Assembly: GCF_018336915.1 (NCBI RefSeq)
Contig: NZ_CP064923.1
Location: 5,520,001 to 5,552,000, forward strand
Reading direction: 5' to 3'
Length of the DNA stretch: 32,000 nt
From: Acaryochloris marina S15
GTDB taxonomy: Bacteria; Cyanobacteriota; Cyanobacteriia; Thermosynechococcales; Thermosynechococcaceae
Position 1 is the stretch's first letter, and the number at the start of each line of letters is the position of its first letter. Position numbers and translations under genes: made by a program. The notes under the pieces were generated by a model. It had not been told where the DNA came from. It saw only the letters and a list, made by a program, of their open reading frames with translations, and ran no database searches. Positions 17,366 to 25,306 of the stretch are shown here, piece by piece.

Positions 17366-18784
17366 ATGTCACTAGTGATAGCAGCTGATCGAAGTGGTGT
17401 GGGCAAAACCACTGTGACTGCTGCTATCCTAGCGAGCTTGCAAGGTCGACCGGAAACCGTGCAATCTTTCAAGGTGGGGCCTGACTATATTGATCCGATG
17501 TTTCACACGGTGGTCACCCATCGACCTTGCCGAAATTTAGATCCCATTCTCACGTCTGACACCTATACCCAGAGACTATTTCAAACCCATACCCAGCAGA
17601 CCCACTATGCTCTAATTGAAGGGGTTATGGGCTTATTTGATGGCGCCAGAGGGCAAAAAGGAAGAGGCAGTACTGCTCATATTGCTCGGCTTTTAAATTT
17701 ACCCATCGCTTTAGTTCTAGACTGTAGTCGCTTATCCGACTCTATCGCGGCCTTAGTGCACGGCTATATCTCATTCGATCCACAGATTCAGATTGCAGGG
17801 GTCATTCTCAATCGTGTGGGCAGCGATCGTCATCTTCAAAGTTTAAAGTCAGCGTTACAACCCCTCTCCGTTAGGATTTTGGGGGTCTTGCAGCGACAGC
17901 CTTCCATCCACATCCCTAATCGTCATTTAGGTCTAGTCCCGATCGAGGAGTTAGAAGGGACTGCAGGTCTTTTACAGCAATTAGCAGCAGTGGGGAATCG
18001 TTGTTTTGATTGGTCAGCCTTATTGCCTTTATTAGCAACGCAAGCGCCCGCCCCATCCATCGCTCACACTTCTCCAGCGCCACAGGCAGTACATCTCCCG
18101 CCTCAATCTAGCTCTTTGACTGCTCCCACACCGTCCGGTGCAATCCGAATTGCGATCGCAAAAGACGTAGCCTTTAGTTTTTACTATGCCGACAATCTGG
18201 ATCAGCTCCGGCAGCTCGGTGCAGAGCTGGTGTTTTGGAGCCCCATCCATGACAAAACCTTCCCCGATAATATCCATGGACTCTATCTCGGTGGCGGCTT
18301 TCCTGAAATGTTTGCCGCTGACTTATCCCAGAATGTCACCGTTCGACAGACCCTCAAAACCGCGATTCTTGCTGGGTTACCCACCTATGCCGAATGTGGC
18401 GGGCTGATGTATCTCTGTGAATCCTTACAAACTTTACAGGGGAAAACGTTGCCGATGGTCGGCGTGTTACCGACAAACGTCAAAATGGCGAAGCGATTAA
18501 CCCTTGGGTATCGATGTGCGATCGCAACCCAAGATACGCCCCTAATCACCGCAGGAACAACCGTTTGGGGGCATGAATTCCACCACTCCGAACTCGATCA
18601 TGAGGGGGATAGCCCAATCTACACATTTTCTAGGGAGACCGCCTCCCACCCATCCGAGATTTCCGAAGGCTGGCATCGGTATAACGTTCACGCCTCGTAC
18701 TTGCACCTCCACTGGGGGGAGCAGCCCGAGATACCCCAACGTTTTATCCAGCAGTGCCAAAACTTCAAAGCAGCAAAAGTCTAG
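17366..18784 (+). CDS. cobB: Cobyrinate/hydrogenobyrinate a,c-diamide synthase (CobB/CbiA)
   Basis: N-terminal P-loop VIAADRSGVGKTTVT, then FKVGPDYIDP. C-terminal GATase-1 domain with YAECGGLMYL and GHEFHHS. A Ser/Pro-rich linker separates the domains. Confidence 0.9.
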   Translation: MSLVIAADRSGVGKTTVTAAILASLQGRPETVQSFKVGPDYIDPMFHTVVTHRPCRNLDPILTSDTYTQRLFQTHTQQTHYALIEGVMGLFDGARGQKGRGSTAHIARLLNLPIALVLDCSRLSDSIAALVHGYISFDPQIQIAGVILNRVGSDRHLQSLKSALQPLSVRILGVLQRQPSIHIPNRHLGLVPIEELEGTAGLLQQLAAVGNRCFDWSALLPLLATQAPAPSIAHTSPAPQAVHLPPQSSSLTAPTPSGAIRIAIAKDVAFSFYYADNLDQLRQLGAELVFWSPIHDKTFPDNIHGLYLGGGFPEMFAADLSQNVTVRQTLKTAILAGLPTYAECGGLMYLCESLQTLQGKTLPMVGVLPTNVKMAKRLTLGYRCAIATQDTPLITAGTTVWGHEFHHSELDHEGDSPIYTFSRETASHPSEISEGWHRYNVHASYLHLHWGEQPEIPQRFIQQCQNFKAAKV

Positions 18785-19434
18785 CAAGCTTTCGGTCTGA
18801 CTAATGCATTCCTAGCCATCGCACAGCGCCTCAACCGGGGCAAACATTCTTGGTGATAAAAACGACTGATCACCTTCACAGAGAGTCCTAAATCGGCTGA
18901 AATATCTTCCCAGCTTTGTTCGGGTGGCAATCGTCTCTCAATCAAGGTTTGGCAGTTCACGGCTGGATAATTGGTCAGATGAGTCGCTTTTAAATCGCCC
19001 TTAATGTCACTTCTGACCCATTCATAGATCTGAATTGTTAAGGACGACACGGCTTTGACTGAGTCTTTCATGGACGAAAAATCTTCTCGATCTAGCCGAT
19101 TTGAGTCCTGAGTAGCTTGCAACTGCCGAAATCGCTGCTGCAAGTCTCGATTAAAGGATTGGACGAGCTTGGACCACTCTCCATAGTCTTGAACATCCAA
19201 AGTAGATGTATTGAAGTCCTGACAAAATTGGCTTAAGGTTTGCTGCAATGCCTCTTCGTACAAAGGGCTAGCTGCTGACCAAAGCTGATCAGACTGGGTC
19301 AGAAGAGACAGTATTCGTGTTAAGTAAATTTGGCGCTCTTTATCTTCTAGGTAGCTTTGAAAAGCGTTTGTTATCCATTGATTAACAAGGTGATTGGGTA
19401 TTTTTTTCATTATTAAAGGAATAGAGATAAGCAT
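18781..19434 (-). CDS. Hypothetical protein with a C-terminal sigma-70 region-4-like helix-turn-helix
   Basis: 217 aa. The C-terminal LIERRLPPEQSWEDISADLGLSVKVISRFYHQECLPRLRR resembles sigma region 4.2 / LuxR-type HTH. No region-2-like sequence is seen in the N-terminal 150 aa. The start could be Met-9 (19410). The stop overlaps the cobB stop. Confidence 0.6.
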   Translation of the reverse strand: MLISIPLIMKKIPNHLVNQWITNAFQSYLEDKERQIYLTRILSLLTQSDQLWSAASPLYEEALQQTLSQFCQDFNTSTLDVQDYGEWSKLVQSFNRDLQQRFRQLQATQDSNRLDREDFSSMKDSVKAVSSLTIQIYEWVRSDIKGDLKATHLTNYPAVNCQTLIERRLPPEQSWEDISADLGLSVKVISRFYHQECLPRLRRCAMARNALVRPKAC

Positions 19435-19626
19435 AAATATCTATATTCAATTCAATAAAATAATTTAGTGACCTTGTCAGTACCTAAAGGTGACAAAAAG
19501 TGACCTCATTCGCAACAGGCTTGTTAAGAATTGTATTGCTATATCGCCCCAGATCCACCCTATCTGACACAAGATATGTCCCATGACCGCTCCAGGAAGC
19601 CATCCCCATCCATTCAAGCCTGCAAG

Positions 19627-20253
19627 CTATTGACTTAGCCAGGCAATAGCTTCTCGAATCCAGGCCTCAGTATCTGCATTTTTGGCCAGCGCCGTGTTTT
19701 GCCCCACAGCCTGTAACGCCCGCATCACTTCTTGACTGGTATACCCCAAGGCCAAGAGCGTCATCTCTACGTCTTCTTGCACACTATCAATGGGCCCTGC
19801 ACTCGGTAAGGTTTTTAAACCCGCCTGATCCCGCCATTCAGCCAATTTTGATCGCAGTTCTAAGGCAATACGTTCAGCCGTCTTAGCCCCAACACCGGGG
19901 GTCTTTGCCAATATCTTCGTATTGCTATTGACAATGGCTTGAACCAGGTCCTGTAAACCCAAGGTATCGATTAAAGCCAAGGCCAACTGAGGGCCAATCC
20001 CGCTCACGGCAATCAGCTGACGAAACAGATCGCGCTCCGCCACCACCGCAAATCCAAACAACACCATTTGATCCTCTCGGACTTGCAAATGGGTAAACAC
20101 TCGCAGGGATTCATTGTCTGGGGGCAAGTGTTGACGAATCCGACCGGGAACATAGAGGTCATATCCCACCTGATTCACATCCAAGGTCAACAAGGTTCGA
20201 TGGGTACTGGTTTGCTGGAGGCTAACTACATATCCCTGAAGAAAACCAATCAT
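19627..20253 (-). CDS. ruvA: Holliday junction branch migration complex subunit RuvA
   Basis: 208 aa. MIGFLQGYV..., HhH motifs (LIAVSGIGPQLALALI; LAKTPGVGAKTAERIALEL), and a C-terminal domain LLALGYTSQEV. Confidence 0.93.
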   Translation of the reverse strand: MIGFLQGYVVSLQQTSTHRTLLTLDVNQVGYDLYVPGRIRQHLPPDNESLRVFTHLQVREDQMVLFGFAVVAERDLFRQLIAVSGIGPQLALALIDTLGLQDLVQAIVNSNTKILAKTPGVGAKTAERIALELRSKLAEWRDQAGLKTLPSAGPIDSVQEDVEMTLLALGYTSQEVMRALQAVGQNTALAKNADTEAWIREAIAWLSQ

Positions 20254-20999
20254 TTGACATAACTAAAATGACGGAGCCCTTCTAAAATACCGCCCGCACA
20301 CTTCGCTTTGGCGAGGTATATCTCATCCCTATGATGCTCTTGATGCCATTGCAGCAGCTCTGAGCGGGCATTACCAACAATAATGCCTCGTTCTGGTCCC
20401 GTACTAAATAAAGCCTGATCGTTACCAGAATCACCACAAGCAACGGTTTTCTCAGCAGGAATGCCAAATTGCCCCCGCAGGTATTGCATGGCTTGTCCTT
20501 TATCCCCATGGAGGGGCAGGATATCTAGATCTTTGCCACCGCTATACACCAGCTTGACGTCTAAGCCTCGAATATGGAGAGCCACTTCTAAGCGAGGCAA
20601 TAGATCAGTCGCTAAGGTGGGTTCTATAAAAAAGCTCACTTTATAGGGACCTTGTTCCGCCTCAGGCTGCAACACTAAATCATTAAAGTGAGCGGTAATC
20701 GATAAGACATCTTGACGCTGCCACCCTTGATTGAGTTTTTCAGACCAATCTGGATCAGGGGTGGTGCTACCGCCATAGTAAATTTCAGTGCCTACAGACG
20801 TCACCAAAGCATCTGGAAGCAGCATCGGTTCTTGGGACCGCAATTGATTGAATGAGTTTAAGGAACGTCCTGTGGAATAGACTAGCAACAGTCCTTGCTC
20901 TTGCCGGACTTGCATGAGGGTCTGGTTGAGCTGTTCGAGGGCGGGTCGATCGCCGACGAGCGTATTGTCTAAATCAGTTATTAAGAGAAATTTCGCCAC
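20250..20999 (-). CDS. spp: Sucrose-phosphate phosphatase (HAD superfamily)
   Basis: 249 aa, colinear with cyanobacterial SPP as I recall it (LLITDLDNTLVGD; YSTGRS; SGGKDLDILPLHGDKGQAMQYL; VACGDSGNDQALF; GIIVGNARSELLQW; AGGILEGLRHF). Confidence 0.88.
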   Translation of the reverse strand: MAKFLLITDLDNTLVGDRPALEQLNQTLMQVRQEQGLLLVYSTGRSLNSFNQLRSQEPMLLPDALVTSVGTEIYYGGSTTPDPDWSEKLNQGWQRQDVLSITAHFNDLVLQPEAEQGPYKVSFFIEPTLATDLLPRLEVALHIRGLDVKLVYSGGKDLDILPLHGDKGQAMQYLRGQFGIPAEKTVACGDSGNDQALFSTGPERGIIVGNARSELLQWHQEHHRDEIYLAKAKCAGGILEGLRHFSYVK

Positions 21000-21056
21000 A
21001 ATAGTTCCTAAAACGCTCCCTATGTTCAGTCTATTATTCTGAGAAAGCTTAACATA

Positions 21057-22334
21057 ATGAAATTTTTCCGTTGGCAGGGGTGGGCCCGTTGGATTCCAGT
21101 CCTAGACCCGCAAGTATGGATTTTAGCGGCAGGACGGTTGCTTTCACAAATGGGCACGGGCTTCACACTGTATTTCTTGCAAATTTTCTTTGTGAATAAA
21201 GTCGGACTCACTGCCACCTCTGTCGGATTTGCCATTGGCAGTGCCTCCATCTCGGGAATTGTGGGCAGAGTGTTGAGCGGATCCATGACGGATTCTCGAT
21301 GGTGGGGTCGACGGCGAACCTTGTTGTTGTCTCTGTTTATTTCTGCGATCGCAGCTGGTATCATCGCCATTGCCCACTCATTTTGGATGCTGGTCCTCGG
21401 GAATATAGTGATGGGATTCGGTGTGGGCCTCTATTGGCCAGCCACAGAGGCGATCATTGCCGATCTCAGTGCAGGCGAACAACGCCAGGAAGCGTTTACC
21501 ATTACTCGATTCGCCGACAGTGCCGGTTTAGGATTAGGGGTGATCTTGGGAGGTGGCTGGATTGCCTTCACTCAAGCCTATCGAGCCCTTTTTATCATTG
21601 ATGCCGTCTCCTTTGTGATGTTTTTTGGGGTTGTTTATTTCACAATTTCCGAAACCTCAAATCCTCACACTCGGGGTCGTCATGGTTGGCAAGGTTGGAT
21701 GATTGCTAGCAAAGATCGACGATTACGCACCTACATTGTTGCCAATATCGTGATTACCACTTATCTTGCTCAGATTTATAGCACTATGCCGTTATATTTC
21801 AAAAACTTTGCTCAGCAGGGTGTTGGACTTTCAGAAGTGGTCATTACGGGATTATTCTCTTGGCATTTGGGGGCAAGCGTGGCGAGTCAACTGCCGGTGG
21901 CCCGCTTTCTACGACGGTGGCCCTATCCCCAGGGACTGATGACCTCTGTGGGTTGCTGGGGCCTCGGGTTTTTGTTGATTGGGATGACCGGTCTAGCAAG
22001 CCAAGGCGCGCTGATATGGGCAATTGTGGGATTGGGCGTACTTGCGATCGCAACCGTCGCTTACATGCCCATTGCCTCCTCTTTAGTCGCTGATTTAGCC
22101 CCCATCGAGTTCCGAGGAGTGTATCTATCCATCAATTCTCTCTGTTGGGCAGTCGGCTATTTTCTGGGGCCCGCTCTAGGCGGTCTGGCCCTCGATCAAA
22201 AGCAGCCATGGATCGATATTTATTGGGGACTGCTGGCTCTGAGTATTGGTTTAGCCCTCATGGTTTTAAAGCGTTTGGATAATCTGATGGGGAAATCACC
22301 CACAACCGCTCTAACATCAGGCAGTCCACACTAG
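21057..22334 (+). CDS. MFS transporter
   Basis: 425 aa, ~12 hydrophobic segments, MFS motif A GSMTDSRWWGRRRTLL after TM2. Substrate unknown. Confidence 0.85.
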   Translation: MKFFRWQGWARWIPVLDPQVWILAAGRLLSQMGTGFTLYFLQIFFVNKVGLTATSVGFAIGSASISGIVGRVLSGSMTDSRWWGRRRTLLLSLFISAIAAGIIAIAHSFWMLVLGNIVMGFGVGLYWPATEAIIADLSAGEQRQEAFTITRFADSAGLGLGVILGGGWIAFTQAYRALFIIDAVSFVMFFGVVYFTISETSNPHTRGRHGWQGWMIASKDRRLRTYIVANIVITTYLAQIYSTMPLYFKNFAQQGVGLSEVVITGLFSWHLGASVASQLPVARFLRRWPYPQGLMTSVGCWGLGFLLIGMTGLASQGALIWAIVGLGVLAIATVAYMPIASSLVADLAPIEFRGVYLSINSLCWAVGYFLGPALGGLALDQKQPWIDIYWGLLALSIGLALMVLKRLDNLMGKSPTTALTSGSPH

Positions 22335-22420
22335 ATATTAAACGTCCAGGCTTCACTCAGCTTTTTTGCCAGACAATGGGAGAGTAATATGCTCTCAGCG
22401 ACTAAGAGCAAGCTCTTAAT

Positions 22421-24010
22421 ATGACCCTCTGTATTGCCCCTCAATGTTCCAAGCCAGAAAATTCTGACAACAGCGTATTTTGCCAAACCTGTGGGTCAGA
22501 GCTCCTCCTAGAAGGTCGATATCGCGTTACCCAAGTCATTGGCCAAGGCGGATTTGGCAAAACCTATGAAGTGCGCGAAGTAGTTAGAGCCACAGGTACC
22601 AGCAATAGTGGCATTCCTAAAGTTCTCAAAGTCTTGATCGATCAGCAGCCCAAAGCCGTTGAATTGTTTACACGGGAAGCCCAAGTCCTTAGCCAACTGC
22701 GTCATCCTGGCATTCCCCATGTCGACACCGATGGCCACTTTATCTTTTGGCCACGGGATAGCCAGACTTCTCTACATTGCCTGATCATGGAAAAAATCGA
22801 GGGGCTAGATCTATGCGGCTATATGAAACAGCGTCAGTTTCGGCCCATCAGTGAACAGCTAGCCCTGGAATGGTTGATGCAAATCATGACTATTTTGGAT
22901 GAAGTGCATGCTAAACAATTTTTCCATCGCGATATCAAACCATCCAACATCATGCTGCGCCCGGATGGACAGATGGTGCTAATTGACTTCGGTGCCGTCA
23001 GAGCTGTAACCCAAACCTACATGGCCAAGCAAGGGGCTCAAGGGGTAACTGGTATTCATTCCATGGGGTTCACGCCCCCCGAGCAGATGAATGGACAGGC
23101 CGTGATGCAGTCCGATTTTTATGCCCTGGGTCGAACATGGATCTATCTGTTAACTGGCAAAGAGCCTACCGATAGCAGTATCTACGATCCCTATAGCGAC
23201 CAATGCCAATGGCGAGAGTCAGCAACCCACATTTCACCCCCCTTCGCAAATTTAGTGGATGACTTGATGGCCCGATTGCCCAAGGATCGGCCAGCTAACA
23301 CGCAAATTATTCTGCAACGTTTACGAGATCTAGATCGAGGTTTAGAACAATCTCGCCAGCAAACTGAGGTGAGTCCAGCTTCTAGCCCACCCCCTTTCTC
23401 CAGGCCAGTAGCGCCATCCTCACCGACTCAGCCTCCTCCTGTCCCTCCATCAAACTTGCCTCCTACGGATCTTCAGGCACCGCCCGAACCCTTACCTGCC
23501 TATGTGCCGCCTCCCCAATCTGCCCCTTTCCCCATCTCACAACCCCCGACAGGTGTACCTTCTACAGATATTCAGACACCTGGATATTCCACCCCACCCA
23601 ATCCTTCTAGCCAGCAAAACCAACCACCATTGCCACCGCCTAAGAAAGAATTAGAGGAGGCGAATCAGCAGATCAAAACAGCCTGGATTGCAGGTACAGT
23701 TACGACCGTTATTACGTTGCTGGCCATGTTGGTACTATCAGGGTCAGAAGGAGGAGACTTGTTATGGATTGATGTCTTGCTAACGGCAGGTTTTACGTTT
23801 GGTATTTATAAGAAAATACGCGCTTGCGCTGTACTGATGTTGATTTACTTTATTTTGAGTAAATTGCTGCAAATCATTGCTGCTCTTGACGCTAATGCAG
23901 GCATTAATCCTATAGCAATAGGATTTGGAGGACTCTTCCTTTATTTCTATGCCCAAGGTGTGAAAGGAACCTATACCTTCCACAGGTTGACGAATCCTCA
24001 ACAGCCTTAA
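22421..24010 (+). CDS. Ser/Thr protein kinase: N-terminal 4-Cys zinc ribbon, Pro-rich linker, C-terminal multi-TM domain
   Basis: CIAPQC...FCQTCG precedes the Gly-loop GQGGFGKTYEV. HRDIKPSNIM and DFG are present. A ~100-aa P/S/Q-rich linker is followed by ~4 hydrophobic helices (aa ~420-515). Confidence 0.9.
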   Translation: MTLCIAPQCSKPENSDNSVFCQTCGSELLLEGRYRVTQVIGQGGFGKTYEVREVVRATGTSNSGIPKVLKVLIDQQPKAVELFTREAQVLSQLRHPGIPHVDTDGHFIFWPRDSQTSLHCLIMEKIEGLDLCGYMKQRQFRPISEQLALEWLMQIMTILDEVHAKQFFHRDIKPSNIMLRPDGQMVLIDFGAVRAVTQTYMAKQGAQGVTGIHSMGFTPPEQMNGQAVMQSDFYALGRTWIYLLTGKEPTDSSIYDPYSDQCQWRESATHISPPFANLVDDLMARLPKDRPANTQIILQRLRDLDRGLEQSRQQTEVSPASSPPPFSRPVAPSSPTQPPPVPPSNLPPTDLQAPPEPLPAYVPPPQSAPFPISQPPTGVPSTDIQTPGYSTPPNPSSQQNQPPLPPPKKELEEANQQIKTAWIAGTVTTVITLLAMLVLSGSEGGDLLWIDVLLTAGFTFGIYKKIRACAVLMLIYFILSKLLQIIAALDANAGINPIAIGFGGLFLYFYAQGVKGTYTFHRLTNPQQP

Positions 24011-24026
24011 GTGGATGGTACGAAGG

Positions 24027-24977
24027 CTAACTTTTTTCCAGTTGTGTCGCAATCCAGTTACTAACAATCTGGTTGACCTGATGCGGATCTTCGTCTTGAG
24101 GACAGTGACCAATCCCATCCAACACAATAAAATCTTCAACCATCCGGAACTGGGTCAACTCGCGTGCCAGTTCTACGGGTTCCCAAGGATCATCAGCTCC
24201 CCAGACACACAACACGGGGCAAGCAATTTCAGCCAACAAATCTTCGGGTAGCGGTCCTTGGGAATAGTTAATAAAAGCCAGAAAAACATCTGCAGCCCCT
24301 GGTTCGGAAGCAGGCTGAATCAACATATCCACGAGTTCATCCGTCACCGCCTCTGTTCTACCATAGGCTTGCTCTAAAATCTGGCGAACCGTCTTCGGAC
24401 GAGCCAACCGATGAAAAAAGAAATGACCAATTGGTTTCACAGAAAGCACGGATTGAAACAAAGGCGCTGAGAACTTTCTGTACCAGGGCAAACCTGCCCG
24501 TTTGCGATCGTGCAGTAACCGTAACGAGCAATCCAGCATCACCACACTGGTCGCGAGATGAGGCGCTAATACTGCTGCTTGCAATGCCACAATACTGCCA
24601 ATCGAATTACCGACTAGACATGCGGCTTTACCCACAACCTCCTGGCCAAAATCAGCAATTTGTTGCCCCCAAGTCTCAAATTCATAGGCAATACTTTGCC
24701 CAGGTGTGAGAGTGCCCGGTGTTGGCTTTGACGATTGCCCAAAGCCAATTAGATCGACAGCATAAACGCGATGGTCCTGAGCCAATTCAGCAATATTCTT
24801 GCGCCAATGACCACTAGAAGCGCCAAACCCATGAATCAGAATGACTGCAGGACCGGTTGTCCCTGCATATTGGTACTGAATCGAAAAACCTTGCCATTCC
24901 CAGGTGGCCGATTGAGGTTGATTCCCTAGCGAAGTGACCATATTCGTTTCTCTATGCTTCTCAATAATTCTAAACAT
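24027..24977 (-). CDS. Alpha/beta hydrolase fold protein
   Basis: HGFGAS oxyanion motif, nucleophile elbow GNSIGS, C-terminal GHCPQDE. The start may be Met-13 (24941). Substrate unknown. Confidence 0.85.
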   Translation of the reverse strand: MFRIIEKHRETNMVTSLGNQPQSATWEWQGFSIQYQYAGTTGPAVILIHGFGASSGHWRKNIAELAQDHRVYAVDLIGFGQSSKPTPGTLTPGQSIAYEFETWGQQIADFGQEVVGKAACLVGNSIGSIVALQAAVLAPHLATSVVMLDCSLRLLHDRKRAGLPWYRKFSAPLFQSVLSVKPIGHFFFHRLARPKTVRQILEQAYGRTEAVTDELVDMLIQPASEPGAADVFLAFINYSQGPLPEDLLAEIACPVLCVWGADDPWEPVELARELTQFRMVEDFIVLDGIGHCPQDEDPHQVNQIVSNWIATQLEKS

Positions 24978-25010
24978 TTGCTAGGATAGCGGGTACATTT
25001 CTAATCCATA

Positions 25011-25208
25011 TTGACCACCATGAGAATGAAATCTTGGGAGTCTCCCCGCCGCGGTCGGCGACGTAATGACAAATCCAAACGGTCTGCCGCCCGTCTAAGA
25101 CAACTGAAAAAACAACGCAAACAACTTCATAAACGGCTCCAGCAAAACAATAAACCCGATAAAAACCCCTCAGGTGATATACCTGAGGGGTTTTTAGTAG
25201 AGATTTAG
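25011..25208 (+). CDS. Candidate small, highly basic protein (65 aa); the coding status is doubtful
   Basis: 20 of 65 residues are Arg/Lys (PRRGRRRNDKSKRSAARLRQLKKQRKQLHKRL). The last 15 codons are the arms of the 25161..25195 terminator hairpin. No convincing SD and no family recognised. Confidence 0.3.
   Translation: MTTMRMKSWESPRRGRRRNDKSKRSAARLRQLKKQRKQLHKRLQQNNKPDKNPSGDIPEGFLVEI
25161..25195. terminator. Perfect bidirectional intrinsic terminator hairpin
   Basis: AAAAACCCCTCAGGT, loop GATAT, ACCTGAGGGGTTTTT. The 15-bp arms carry an A5/T5 tract on each side, so the element reads as stem plus U-run on both strands. Confidence 0.75.
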
Positions 25209-25225
25209 TTTTACCCAAATCTGGC

Positions 25226-25272
25226 AAATTCCCAAAAGCAAGCGGTGTAGACCCAAAGGTTACACCGCTTGC
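25226..25272 (-). terminator. psbA intrinsic terminator
   Basis: On the minus strand: GCAAGCGGTGTA, 11-nt loop, TACACCGCTTGC, followed by TTTTGGGAATTT. It begins 35 nt after the psbA stop (25307). Confidence 0.75.
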
Positions 25273-25306
25273 TAATTAGATTAAATGATTAGGAACTCTA
25301 ATCAAA

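Noticed and set aside
17203-17472. 89-aa minus-strand ORF overlapping the cobB start.
   Set aside because: It overlaps the conserved P-loop N-terminus of CobB in antisense and extends into promoter DNA. It has no SD or motif.
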